Below, piece by piece: positions 39,005 through 48,667 of a DNA stretch of 64,000 bases; position 1 is the first letter of the stretch; every line of letters starts with the position of its first letter. Made by a program: the position numbers and the translations under genes. This DNA is from Candidatus Omnitrophota bacterium. Its GTDB lineage: Bacteria; Omnitrophota; Gorgyraeia; Duberdicusellales; Duberdicusellaceae. Under the pieces are notes generated by a model. It was not told the origin of the DNA. It saw only the letters and a program-made list of their open reading frames with translations, and ran no database searches. Location: contig JAFGCB010000016.1 in the NCBI GenBank assembly GCA_016932855.1, forward strand, positions 554 through 64,553. Reading direction: 5' to 3'.

Positions 39005-40957
39005 TTATTTACCTTTAATCTTAACCGTGGGAAATCTATTTAAATCCGTATGGGGAAAAAAGAGACTCGAGACATATTCATCCATATAGCTGGACTCGAC
39101 ACTTAGCTCGATATAGGTCATCTTCCTGGCGATATTCTCGGATTCATCCTTTGCTTGATACGATAGGAGAATCTCCCGTGAGCCTACCAGAGAGCTGTTG
39201 CCGATAAAAGAAAACCTCTCTCTTTCAAGATCAGGCAAAAGCCCTATAGCGATCGCCTTGTCTATATCAAGATAGGTCCCAAACCCACCGGCTATATAGA
39301 ACTGCTCGACGTCTTTAAATTCCAAGTTCATCTTTCTAAGGAGTATGGAGCTTGCCGAATATATGGCGCCTTTGGAACGTTTCAGGTTATCCAAATCCTC
39401 CTCAGTAATGACTATGTCAAAGTCTACAGCCGCGTCTTTCTTAAAAACAAGGACAAATTCCCTGCTTTCGCCAGAACTGCGGAGCCTGGGCGAAGATATC
39501 TTTTCGGAAAATTTTCCGTTTCTGTCGATGATTCCGCTGGTCAAAAGTTCGGCTAAACAGTCGATATAGCCTGAACCGCATATTCCTTTCGGCTTTGCCT
39601 TACCGATAGTGATAACTTCCACATCATACGTATTCTTATCTATAGCAACTCTCTGAATAGCTCCCTCGGCCGCCCGCATACCGCATTTTACACCGCTGCC
39701 CTCAAAGGCCGGACCGGCTGAAGCAGCGCAGGAAACCATCCACTCTTTGTTGCCCAGAACTATCTCTCCGTTGGTACCTACATCAATGAGTAGGGTGAGT
39801 TTATCTGTCCGGTTGAGGCCGCAGGCAAGGACCCCAGCAGTGATGTCACCTCCTACATAGGTGCTTGTCCCGGGAACACAGGCCAAAAGCCCCCGGGGGT
39901 TTATTTTGATGCCGGCTTCCGCCGCTCGTATCACCGGAACAAAGTTAGCCGTTGAAACATAAGGCTCGCGTCTTATAAATTTAGGATCGACTCTTAAAAG
40001 CAAGTGTATCATAGTAGTATTACCGGCGCACTCCACTGCGTTTACATCGTTTAAATTTATTTTATTGTCATTGACCAATTCTTTAATTATCCCGTTGATA
40101 TTATCAATTACCGCGTGGTGAAGCTTTTCTAGGCCTTCGCTTTCCGAAGCATAGACAATCCTGGTAATTACATCGCTTCCAAACGTTACCTGTTTATTGT
40201 AGGTGCCTTTCGTCCCCAGTATCTCTTTCGTATTAAGATCTACCAGCTGTCCGGTAACAGTGGTAGTGCCGATATCCAGAGCAATGCCGTAGTTTCTAAC
40301 TGAAGTATCTCCCGGCTCAATAGAAACAATCTCTACTGTCTCATTTCGCTTCCCCAAAAGCGCTGTGACCTTCCAATCGCTCTCGCGCAAAAGCCTTCCC
40401 AATCTCTTTATATTGGTAAGACCTGCCTGCATTATTGGGATATCTCTATTCTTCCTGATCGCTCTATAGAGTCGTTCTAGATCGCTTATCGTATCACTAA
40501 GCGTAGGGGGCTTAAGCTCAAGATAAAGCTTTGTCGCCAGAGGGCTGGGCTTAAAAATCCCTTCCTCGACGGTCAATGCCGCCTTACCCAGATCAACTGC
40601 CTGGCTGTACATCCCTTTAAGACGCAGAAGTTTGGCGTCTTCATCGGAAATCTTATCCAGCTCAACACCTGATTCAGGAGGGACTTCCACTTCCACATCA
40701 CTGTGGACAGTCGTCTGGCAGGCCAAAACATACCCTTTTCTTCTTTCATCAAGGGTTATGCGTCCAGAAGGTTCGGTCTTGAATTGTCCTCTTTTCACGA
40801 TAACCTTACACCTGCCGCAGACTCCGTCCCCGCCGCAGCTTGAATTAATATAGACTCCGGCTTCTACAGCCACTGAAAGCAGGTCTCTTCCTTTATTTAC
40901 TTCCAGAGTAGTGGGGTTGGGGTGCAAGAAGGTTACGATACAACTATCCTTATCCAT
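39005..40957 (-). CDS. Reductive activator of corrinoid Fe-S protein (RACo-like): N-terminal [2Fe-2S] ferredoxin domain plus ASKHA-fold ATPase.
   Basis: CGGDGVCGRCKV...LACQT plant-type ferredoxin motif followed by ~550 aa of ATPase. It sits between acsC and acsD. Confidence 0.8.
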   Translation of the reverse strand: MDKDSCIVTFLHPNPTTLEVNKGRDLLSVAVEAGVYINSSCGGDGVCGRCKVIVKRGQFKTEPSGRITLDERRKGYVLACQTTVHSDVEVEVPPESGVELDKISDEDAKLLRLKGMYSQAVDLGKAALTVEEGIFKPSPLATKLYLELKPPTLSDTISDLERLYRAIRKNRDIPIMQAGLTNIKRLGRLLRESDWKVTALLGKRNETVEIVSIEPGDTSVRNYGIALDIGTTTVTGQLVDLNTKEILGTKGTYNKQVTFGSDVITRIVYASESEGLEKLHHAVIDNINGIIKELVNDNKINLNDVNAVECAGNTTMIHLLLRVDPKFIRREPYVSTANFVPVIRAAEAGIKINPRGLLACVPGTSTYVGGDITAGVLACGLNRTDKLTLLIDVGTNGEIVLGNKEWMVSCAASAGPAFEGSGVKCGMRAAEGAIQRVAIDKNTYDVEVITIGKAKPKGICGSGYIDCLAELLTSGIIDRNGKFSEKISSPRLRSSGESREFVLVFKKDAAVDFDIVITEEDLDNLKRSKGAIYSASSILLRKMNLEFKDVEQFYIAGGFGTYLDIDKAIAIGLLPDLERERFSFIGNSSLVGSREILLSYQAKDESENIARKMTYIELSVESSYMDEYVSSLFFPHTDLNRFPTVKIKGK

Positions 40958-40972
40958 TATAAATCTTCTTAT

Positions 40973-41030
40973 GTGCTAGGTGCTAAGTTATTAATATTTA
41001 TCTAGCACCTGGCACTTTGCGCCAGGTGCC
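40973..41030. repeat. Family D palindromic repeat copy D2, with an additional perfect hairpin GGCACCTGgcactttgcgcCAGGTGCC.
   Basis: GTGCTAGGTGCTAAGTTATTAATATTTATCTAGCACC. 23 nt are identical to D1. Confidence 0.6.
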
Positions 41031-41049
41031 TCTTAAAAATATTTACTCT

Positions 41050-42390
41050 CTATGAATTCTTTAAAGATCGAAGATAGGAAGGTATGCCGGCAGCCTCTTT
41101 AGGCCCGACTTTAACCTTCCAGCCTGATTCTTCTTCTAAAGGAGCGCTTAAGACAGCTACATAACCCGGTATAATCACTTCCTTATGCGAAACCTTATCC
41201 TTTATGCCGCACTCATTTAAAGTCTTGGCGATTGTCTCGGCCGTAAACTTCTCTGCTGCCCAGGCGGTGAGGACACTTAAGCCTTCGGCAAAAGAAGCGA
41301 TTATATAGGCGCCGACCCTGCTTGATTCTACTTCTGACTCGACTGAATAATAACTTAAAGAAAAATTAGTGGTTACAAGCACCGGCGACTTATCGCTTAC
41401 CTGGCCTACTTCATAAACCTTAGCCTCTACCTGGAGGGGCTTCTGGGGATCTGTAAATATATTCTGCCTTAGGGTAAGAATAGGCAAGACCTGCCAGGGC
41501 TCTACTCCTTTCATAATAACAATACTTGCGTATTTAGCTACATAACTTGCGGCCTCAGTTACTTCCTGATAAGGACAAGTAGAGGCGGTTATGGCTATTG
41601 TAGGATACCCCAAAGGTCTAAAAGTCTTCTTTAAGGCCAGCTTTCTTACCTGGGTAAGTTCCTGTATCTTTTTAGGTAAATCTTTATCCTCGCAGTCAAG
41701 CACCAAGTCTTCCACTCCTCTTGCGGTTATTTTCTCAACAAGAACCGCCAATTCATCAAGGGTCTGCGCCTTTACCGCTAAGGGAAGCGAACGTTCCTTG
41801 GCAAGCTCTGCCATTTTTTCGAAGTTATCCTTATCCGCCGCGTAAATTAAAGGACGTCTATCTTTTACAATATCCAGACCCTCTTTCATCACTTCTGGAT
41901 TATCGCTCATTAGCACCAAACCTAAATCTGTCTGGGAGGAAACCCTTTTTACTAGCTCTACAAAGGTTTCCTTATTTGAGCTTGCGCATTTTAAAGCTAT
42001 TAGATCCACCTTGATCTCTTGACCTACCCGTTCAAATTTTAATTTGTTTATGGAAGAGACTTTTTGGCTTACCTCGTCGCTGGTTAAAGTATCTTCGATT
42101 AAAAAACCGAGCCCTGTGGGATGATAAAAAGTCTCCTCGTGGCGGAACATGACTGTTTCGTTGCCCACTTCAAGCTTTTGGTCATCTTTTCCGATACTTA
42201 CAAGCTTAATAGGCGGACGCGAAGCGCTATCAAGAGCAGCTTTGCCGGCTTCGGTAATACGCGGACATTTGCTTAAATCCACCTTCTTAGCGGCAAGCTG
42301 CATGGCAAAAGCAAGACAGGTGGGGAAACCACACTCTTTACAATTAGTCTTAGGCAAATGCTTGTAAATATCCAATCCTGATAAAGCCAT
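41050..42390 (-). CDS. acsC: Corrinoid iron-sulfur protein large subunit.
   Basis: MALSGLDIYKHLPKTNCKECGFPTCLAFAMQLA N-terminal [4Fe-4S] motif and overall AcsC pattern. GGAGG RBS. Confidence 0.9.
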   Translation of the reverse strand: MALSGLDIYKHLPKTNCKECGFPTCLAFAMQLAAKKVDLSKCPRITEAGKAALDSASRPPIKLVSIGKDDQKLEVGNETVMFRHEETFYHPTGLGFLIEDTLTSDEVSQKVSSINKLKFERVGQEIKVDLIALKCASSNKETFVELVKRVSSQTDLGLVLMSDNPEVMKEGLDIVKDRRPLIYAADKDNFEKMAELAKERSLPLAVKAQTLDELAVLVEKITARGVEDLVLDCEDKDLPKKIQELTQVRKLALKKTFRPLGYPTIAITASTCPYQEVTEAASYVAKYASIVIMKGVEPWQVLPILTLRQNIFTDPQKPLQVEAKVYEVGQVSDKSPVLVTTNFSLSYYSVESEVESSRVGAYIIASFAEGLSVLTAWAAEKFTAETIAKTLNECGIKDKVSHKEVIIPGYVAVLSAPLEEESGWKVKVGPKEAAGIPSYLRSLKNS

Positions 42391-42410
42391 ATATCCTCCT
42401 TATATGTCTT

Positions 42411-42530
42411 AACCTATTGTCAAAATCTTAATCTTAATATTAGTAAGTCAAAACTCAAAAGGCAAAACTCAAAATTTCAAGTTAAAATCCAAAATTTTTA
42501 AAAATCCTGATATTTTAAATGTTTTTTAAA
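42411..42530. repeat. Family C AT-rich repeat copy C2, between acsC and acsB.
   Basis: acctattgtcaaaa...tcaaaaggcaaaactcaaaatttcaagttaaaatccaaaa. Confidence 0.55.
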
Positions 42531-42565
42531 AGGCCTGAAGTCTTTAGTCTTAAGTCTATGGTTTA

Positions 42566-44743
42566 TTATAATAATGCTTCCAAGCTTAATGCCGGGTGGC
42601 CTACTTTTTCTAAATGGGCAAGTAACTCCTCAGAGGTAGTGGCTTGCGTCTCGTCAGCGATTTTATTTATAAGGTCGGGGTCACCTTCTTCTTCGCATCT
42701 TTTCTTAAGTTTTTCACCCAGAGTCTCCTTAAGCTCCTTGGGCATCCAGACGACTCTTTTTAATCCTCCTTCAGCGGAGATAAATTTCTTGCTTACCAGA
42801 TACAGCCTTCCCACGCCCATAAAACCCGGGGTCTGGGCCCCTCCGCCCACAGAGCCGGCTAAAGTAGAGAAGCTCATCCCGCAGGGAGTCATGCCGGCAT
42901 ATTCCCGGTTTACAACCATAAACCCGTTAGCTTCCGGTAAAATTGCTATAATACACTCAAAGCAACCGCAAGAAGTTTCAGGAAAAGTAACTATGGAATA
43001 ACCGTGAAATCTCTCTAAGGTCTTATTTGACTTCTGATATACAAAATCATTTATGCCTTGCCATTCACCTCTTTTAGGATCAAGACACTCGCCCTTCTTA
43101 ACCGGCTGATTAGGGCCTGAAGGATTGAGCTCAAATGAAGCCTTGGCATCAAGCCAAGTATAAGCCCCGCATAAACCTAACCGCTCAGGCTTAACAATAC
43201 AAAGATGATTAGGCGCAAATGATTGACAAAGGGTGCATGAATAAAACGTATCCACGCTCTCATCAGTCATACCGGCCATTCGCTCATCGCGCTCCTGATA
43301 AGCCTTCTTTGCCTCTAATATTACTTTTTCTACGTCTTCCTTCTTAGTATAAATTGTTACCTGAACCTTATCAATAATAGCACCGAAGGTATCATGGAGC
43401 CTGGCGTGAAGAATAACCCCAAAATGTTTTATTTTAAATCCTTTATTCTTGGCGTCCTTACTTATCCGCATCCAGCACATATTGCGCTGGCCCATATGAA
43501 AAATACCCATGGCCTCGTTTAAAAAGGTATGGACTTGCCGTTCTAAAATTGGCTCAAAATCTTTCTGCATCTTTCGCCCGGCAACTTCCACTAAAATCCC
43601 TAAGGGCATGGCTGCGCCTTCCTTGCAGTCATCAACTTCAGGGCCGATAACTTCTATCTTTGCGTCTTCAACCTCATCCAGCTTCTTGCTGGTTACCCAT
43701 TCAAAAGCCTCTGAATATTTGCCTCCGAACTGGCAGTACATCTGCTCGCGCCTTACCCGCTCGCCCTCAAAAGCGGCTGAATAGGAAACAGGAATAGGGA
43801 TCTCAGACATCTTAACCTTTACTCCCCGGGTCTCTAAGCAGGTAGATACTACTTTCTTATAATCCAGCTCTTTTATCAGGTGTTCATAGGTGCAAATCCC
43901 GGTCGGCCGTATCTCAGGGATATCAGTATCAGCGATAATAGGAAATCCCATATTGATAGCGCCAGCGCCGGTGGCGTATTTTATATCGTCAAGCTCTCCC
44001 AGAGTAAGCCCAAAAGCAAAAACCCTGTTTTTGCAATATTCAAGACACTGACGGGCCTGACCTTTTTTAAGCCCTCCGAAGGTAAGAGCCGAGCGTATGG
44101 CCCAGTTTAAAGGATAAATACCGGTTATGGTATCTCTTCCGAAAGGAACAATATAGGTCTCCCAGCCCATCTCCACATTCTCCTCTAAGAGCTGATCAAT
44201 GATGCTTTTACCTTTTGTGTTTGAACCCACAAAAGACATGATATTTCTCTTCTGGAATTCTCTTACTATCTCCACTGCGGTCTTATTATCAGGGGCGGCA
44301 CCGAGAATAGCCGCAAAACCCGGCATGCGTCCGTCGACTAACTGGATACCGAAATTTCTCATCCAGGTATCAGTATAAAAACCTATACAATCAGATTGAG
44401 GCTCCTGATTATAAAGATAGCGCAAGGCAACGATCATCTCTTCCGCAAACAGGGCTGCCACGCCTGAATCCAAGGCATCTCCTAAATAGGGAAGCCAAAG
44501 ACTTTCGCTGGGCTCATTATGCAAAAGGCTCTTGGCCTCGGATAAAACCAGGATCATGTCTTTAAGAGTCTTTACCTCCAGGCCCAGAAGTGCGTAAGCC
44601 AGGGGCAGGTAGAAGGCGGTTTCCGGAAAAGCCACCGTCTGGGTTTCACCTTTTTCCTTAATGGCTTTATGTAAAAAATCTTCCGCTTCTTTGACTAATA
44701 TCTTCGCCCCGCGTATAGCTGAAGCAGCTACTATTTTAGACAT
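42566..44743 (-). CDS. acsB: Acetyl-CoA synthase (CODH/ACS beta subunit).
   Basis: Pattern matches throughout (YSCTLCQSFAPNHLCIV..., CGCFEC, A-cluster Cys motifs). The ATG at 44741-44743 with GGAGG is preferred over the TTG at 44848. Confidence 0.9.
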   Translation of the reverse strand: MSKIVAASAIRGAKILVKEAEDFLHKAIKEKGETQTVAFPETAFYLPLAYALLGLEVKTLKDMILVLSEAKSLLHNEPSESLWLPYLGDALDSGVAALFAEEMIVALRYLYNQEPQSDCIGFYTDTWMRNFGIQLVDGRMPGFAAILGAAPDNKTAVEIVREFQKRNIMSFVGSNTKGKSIIDQLLEENVEMGWETYIVPFGRDTITGIYPLNWAIRSALTFGGLKKGQARQCLEYCKNRVFAFGLTLGELDDIKYATGAGAINMGFPIIADTDIPEIRPTGICTYEHLIKELDYKKVVSTCLETRGVKVKMSEIPIPVSYSAAFEGERVRREQMYCQFGGKYSEAFEWVTSKKLDEVEDAKIEVIGPEVDDCKEGAAMPLGILVEVAGRKMQKDFEPILERQVHTFLNEAMGIFHMGQRNMCWMRISKDAKNKGFKIKHFGVILHARLHDTFGAIIDKVQVTIYTKKEDVEKVILEAKKAYQERDERMAGMTDESVDTFYSCTLCQSFAPNHLCIVKPERLGLCGAYTWLDAKASFELNPSGPNQPVKKGECLDPKRGEWQGINDFVYQKSNKTLERFHGYSIVTFPETSCGCFECIIAILPEANGFMVVNREYAGMTPCGMSFSTLAGSVGGGAQTPGFMGVGRLYLVSKKFISAEGGLKRVVWMPKELKETLGEKLKKRCEEEGDPDLINKIADETQATTSEELLAHLEKVGHPALSLEALL

Positions 44744-44757
44744 TAAAAACCTCCGCT

Positions 44758-46053
44758 TTAAACCAATCTTCCTTCTATGGAAACACTCATACTGAAAGTT
44801 TTCTCTTTCTCGGGAATCAGGTCTTTTACCTGAGCGTACCCGAACCAATCTTCTAAGAGAAGATCTTTAATTTTTGATATGTCTATTTTTTCTTTTATTA
44901 AAGACAGATAGACCCCGGCATTAGTGAATCTTCCCACCCGGATAAAACCGACCAACTTCTTATCTTTTATGACCGCTCTTTTGTAAGTAGAATTTTCAGG
45001 GTCATTGACTGCTATTTCATCGAATCCAGCTTTACCTTCTTCGGGTATCCGGTGAATACCCAAAGAAACTACCGGCAGACCGAAAAACTCTACGGAATTT
45101 TCGGCCAGGGATCCATCATACGATGTCTTTTTCCCGGCCATGTTCAATCCGGCTATCCTGCCTTGCAGAGATGCGGCGCTCCATAAAGCGTTTATCGTAG
45201 TCTGACCTAAAGCCACGTCGTAGGTCTCGGCGCAATCACCGGCGGCAAAAATACCTTTAAGATTAGTCTCAAGATGCTCATTAGTCAATACTCCCCAATG
45301 TGTCTTTATCCCCGAATCTTTCAGCCAGTCCGTGTTCGCGGCCACGCCTTTTCCTACGACCACGATATCGCAGACGCGTTCCTGGCCATCGTCAAGCACC
45401 ACCGACTCCACCTTGTCTTTGCCGACTATCTCTTTCGCGGCCAGACCGGTATGTATCAATATCCCGTTCTTTTCCAAATGCCTCCTTAATATCAAAGCCG
45501 CTTTTTCATCTATTACCTGGCTCATAAGGGCTTTCGACTTTACTATCACCTCAACATCCAAGCCTTGCTTAGCAAGCCCGTAAGCAGCCTTAAGCCCCAC
45601 CAGACCTCCTCCTAAAACCAGCGCTCTCTTTGCGGTCTTAGAAAGTTTAAGCAAGGCCTCGGCGTCATCTAAGGTCCTGAACGTATATACCCCGGGTTTC
45701 TTTTCGCCGGGTAAACCTAAAGGCTTAGGATAACCGCCAGTGGCAAGCAATAATGTATCAAAGACGACCTCTTGCTTGTTTTCTAGAATGACTTTCTTTT
45801 TCTCAGGCAAAAGTCTAATAGCTTTTTTTCCCAATAAAGTATTTGCCTTCATCCTTTCGTAAAAATCGCCAGGGCGCAAAAATAAATCTTTCTTCTGCTT
45901 AAGCCCTGCTAGGTAGTACGAAATAAGGCAACGGCCGTAAACAGGATAGCTCTCATCGGAAATAACCGTTATCTGTCCTTTTTTATCTTGGGCTCTAATC
46001 GCTTCCAAAGCATTGAGGCCTGCCGCGCAATTACCGATTATTACGTAATTCAT
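44758..46053 (-). CDS. FAD-dependent pyridine-nucleotide-disulfide oxidoreductase (Nox/CoADR-like).
   Basis: N-terminal Rossmann motif VIIGNCAAG, redox Cys context YGRCLISYYL and a second NAD-binding GGGLVGLKAA. ATGA overlap with cooF. Confidence 0.7.
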   Translation of the reverse strand: MNYVIIGNCAAGLNALEAIRAQDKKGQITVISDESYPVYGRCLISYYLAGLKQKKDLFLRPGDFYERMKANTLLGKKAIRLLPEKKKVILENKQEVVFDTLLLATGGYPKPLGLPGEKKPGVYTFRTLDDAEALLKLSKTAKRALVLGGGLVGLKAAYGLAKQGLDVEVIVKSKALMSQVIDEKAALILRRHLEKNGILIHTGLAAKEIVGKDKVESVVLDDGQERVCDIVVVGKGVAANTDWLKDSGIKTHWGVLTNEHLETNLKGIFAAGDCAETYDVALGQTTINALWSAASLQGRIAGLNMAGKKTSYDGSLAENSVEFFGLPVVSLGIHRIPEEGKAGFDEIAVNDPENSTYKRAVIKDKKLVGFIRVGRFTNAGVYLSLIKEKIDISKIKDLLLEDWFGYAQVKDLIPEKEKTFSMSVSIEGRLV

Positions 46054-46565
46054 TTCTTTTCTTTGCTCCTCCCAATCCTCTCCTTAAACTCTTCCAATGT
46101 CCCAAGGAACAAACAACCCGTAGGACAAGCTTGAACACAGGCCGGCTCAGCGGTCTCGATACAAAAATCACATTTAAGACTTACCTTCTTATCTTTATCC
46201 ATGATAAGGGCGCCGAAAGGACAGGACATAATACACATACCGCAACCAACACATCTATCCTTGTCGATGGTCACCATACCGGTCCGCTCATCCCTGGTGA
46301 TTGCCGCGCTCATGCATGCCAATACGCAGGCCGGCTCGTCACAGTGCCGACATTGCAGAGGGTACGAACCCTCTTTGGTGACCTGCACGAAGACTCTCTT
46401 CTTGGGCCGGGGCTCCTCCCGGATTGCCAGGAATACATTTTTTTCCTGAGAATGGGCGACGGCACAGGCTATTTCGCAGGATTTGCACCCCACGCACCTG
46501 GCGATATCACAATAAATCCTTATCTGCGCATTGGTCTTTTTATTTTCCGCTTTTATCTTGGCCAT
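46050..46565 (-). CDS. cooF: CooF-like 4Fe-4S ferredoxin electron-transfer subunit.
   Basis: Four CxxCxxCxxxC(P)-type motifs (CVGCKSCEIAC, CRHCDEPACVLAC, CVGCGMCIMSCP, ...). Confidence 0.8.
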   Translation of the reverse strand: MAKIKAENKKTNAQIRIYCDIARCVGCKSCEIACAVAHSQEKNVFLAIREEPRPKKRVFVQVTKEGSYPLQCRHCDEPACVLACMSAAITRDERTGMVTIDKDRCVGCGMCIMSCPFGALIMDKDKKVSLKCDFCIETAEPACVQACPTGCLFLGTLEEFKERIGRSKEKK

Positions 46566-46594
46566 AAGGTCCTACTTTCGTGGAAGAATCGGTC

Positions 46595-48529
46595 TTAAGC
46601 CTTTGTCGCGGCCTCAGGGGCCCGAGCATACATAAGAGGCGCCAGCTTCAAAGCCTGCCTTTTCTTATCGATGTGAGCTATCATCATCCGGGCTGCTTTA
46701 ACAGGGTCTTGCTCAAAAGCAAACTTACCTCCCACGATATTCTCAAGTTCACCGGTTAGATAATCGGTCACCTTTTTACTTCCTAAGACCGGCAGGGGCG
46801 TACCAAACACAGTATACACACCGCTTCCTACAAAGTAGGAGCCGATGGAAACCGCTTTTTCACTCATCCATTCCGGAGCAGCGCCAGCCGCCGGAAGATC
46901 ACTGATATCTTCGCCTAAGCCGCCTTCGGCGACTACAGAAGCAAGAATAAGTAGTATCCTGGAATTATCGACACAGGAACCCACATGCAATACCGGCGGA
47001 ATCCCCACTGCTTCACATATTTCACGCAAACCTTCACCTGCGTATTCAAGAGCGCTCTCAGGGGTAAGAAGCCCTTCTTTAGCGCAAGCGATAGCTGAGC
47101 AGCCGGTCTGAACAACCAAAACATCGTTCTTTAAGAGCTCCTTAACCATAGCAACATGAGCCCAGTCATGTTTTATATTAGGATTATTGCAGCCTACTAC
47201 ACCGGCTGCTCCTCTTAACCTGCCTGAAATTATAGCGTCATTTAATGGACGTAGGGTAAAGCGGTATTTCCCGCCAAGGATTCGAAAAGCATTCTCTGTG
47301 GTAAATCCAGCGACTAAACCTTTGATCTCAGGAGGGATATCCACTCGCTCTTTGACTCTGTTTTTGTAATTCTCCACGCCGAGTCTTATAATCTGCTTGG
47401 CGATTTGAAAAGCTTTCTCTTCCTTAAATTCGATGTGTTCTACGCCAGGGAATTTGCATTTCGGCGAAGTAGTGACGAGTTTCGTATGGAAGCAATTAGC
47501 CACGCTGGAAAGCGCCGGCATAATACACTGGACATCGACCATCATAAGTTCTACCGAGCCTGTTAAAATAGCTAATTCTTGCTGCAGAAAATTACCCGCC
47601 GAAGGAAAACCATGCCGCATTAACAACTCATTAGCCGTACAACACATACCCACTAAATTTATCCCCTCTGCGCCGTATTTCTTCGCCAAGTCCAACAACT
47701 CTTTGTCTTTGGCAGCATCGGCAACCACATCGGAAAGCGTAGGTTCATGGCCATGAACAACAATATTAACCTGATTTTCTTTTAATACACCTAAATTAAC
47801 TGTCGCTCTAATCGGTTCAGGCGCGCCAAATAAAATGTCTGAAAGTTCGGTAGCAATCATTGAACCGCCCCAACCGTCGCCAAGCGCGGCTCTTAGCCCA
47901 TGATTAATTACGTTTTTATAATCGTTGTCAACTCCTATATGGGTCCTGTGCATTATCTCAACGATCTCTCTGTCGATACCCCGGGGCATCATACTGAACT
48001 TCCTCCAGATAGCCTGTCGTTTCGCGGGAGCAAGGCTTGTATACTTTAATTCCCCATGCTGCTGGCCGAACTCGGAAAGACACTTGTCTCCTAATTCCTG
48101 GCCTATACTCTGGGTATCTTTGCCCGCAATATCTATTCCGTAAACTTGCGCTGTCTTTTTAAGCTTCTGGGTGCCCTTTAAATGATAATCGTGGGCCTGG
48201 CCAGAAGCCGCCAGGATCAATGCATGGGCAATATCGCGGCCGTGATCTGAATGAGCCGCGGCCCCGGAAGCGATCATCCTCACGAAATTCCTCGCCACAA
48301 TAGTATCGACCGAAGCTCCGCAGATACCGGTCTGGGGACCCTCTCCAAAAGGATCTATTCTGCAAGGACCCATATTACAAATCTTACAGCATATCCCCAG
48401 CTCCCCGAAGCCACACTGCGGCTGCATTGCATCGTATCTATCCCATACGATATCTATATTTTCATCCTGAGCCTTATTTATCATCTTTTGACTTGCCGGA
48501 TCATAGGAACGTTCTTCTGCTTTAGCCAT
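46595..48529 (-). CDS. cooS: Anaerobic carbon-monoxide dehydrogenase catalytic subunit (Ni-CODH).
   Basis: N-terminal B/D-cluster Cys motifs (CGFGELGICCKICNMGPCRI) and C-cluster region patterns. Confidence 0.9.
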   Translation of the reverse strand: MAKAEERSYDPASQKMINKAQDENIDIVWDRYDAMQPQCGFGELGICCKICNMGPCRIDPFGEGPQTGICGASVDTIVARNFVRMIASGAAAHSDHGRDIAHALILAASGQAHDYHLKGTQKLKKTAQVYGIDIAGKDTQSIGQELGDKCLSEFGQQHGELKYTSLAPAKRQAIWRKFSMMPRGIDREIVEIMHRTHIGVDNDYKNVINHGLRAALGDGWGGSMIATELSDILFGAPEPIRATVNLGVLKENQVNIVVHGHEPTLSDVVADAAKDKELLDLAKKYGAEGINLVGMCCTANELLMRHGFPSAGNFLQQELAILTGSVELMMVDVQCIMPALSSVANCFHTKLVTTSPKCKFPGVEHIEFKEEKAFQIAKQIIRLGVENYKNRVKERVDIPPEIKGLVAGFTTENAFRILGGKYRFTLRPLNDAIISGRLRGAAGVVGCNNPNIKHDWAHVAMVKELLKNDVLVVQTGCSAIACAKEGLLTPESALEYAGEGLREICEAVGIPPVLHVGSCVDNSRILLILASVVAEGGLGEDISDLPAAGAAPEWMSEKAVSIGSYFVGSGVYTVFGTPLPVLGSKKVTDYLTGELENIVGGKFAFEQDPVKAARMMIAHIDKKRQALKLAPLMYARAPEAATKA

Positions 48530-48667
48530 ATTAATCTCCTTTGCTTGATCGTTGTTTCTGCTTATAACACTAATTTACGCGAATCAAAGGACGCTAATTT
48601 TCGCGAATACTATTAGCGGTAATTTCTCATACACTCGCTGTAATTTACGTCCTAATCTGTAATCTTC

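Noticed and set aside
43509-47756. Numerous 60-160-aa plus-strand ORFs inside acsB, cooF and cooS
   Set aside because: They are reverse-frame shadows of high-confidence minus-strand genes with clear catalytic motifs.
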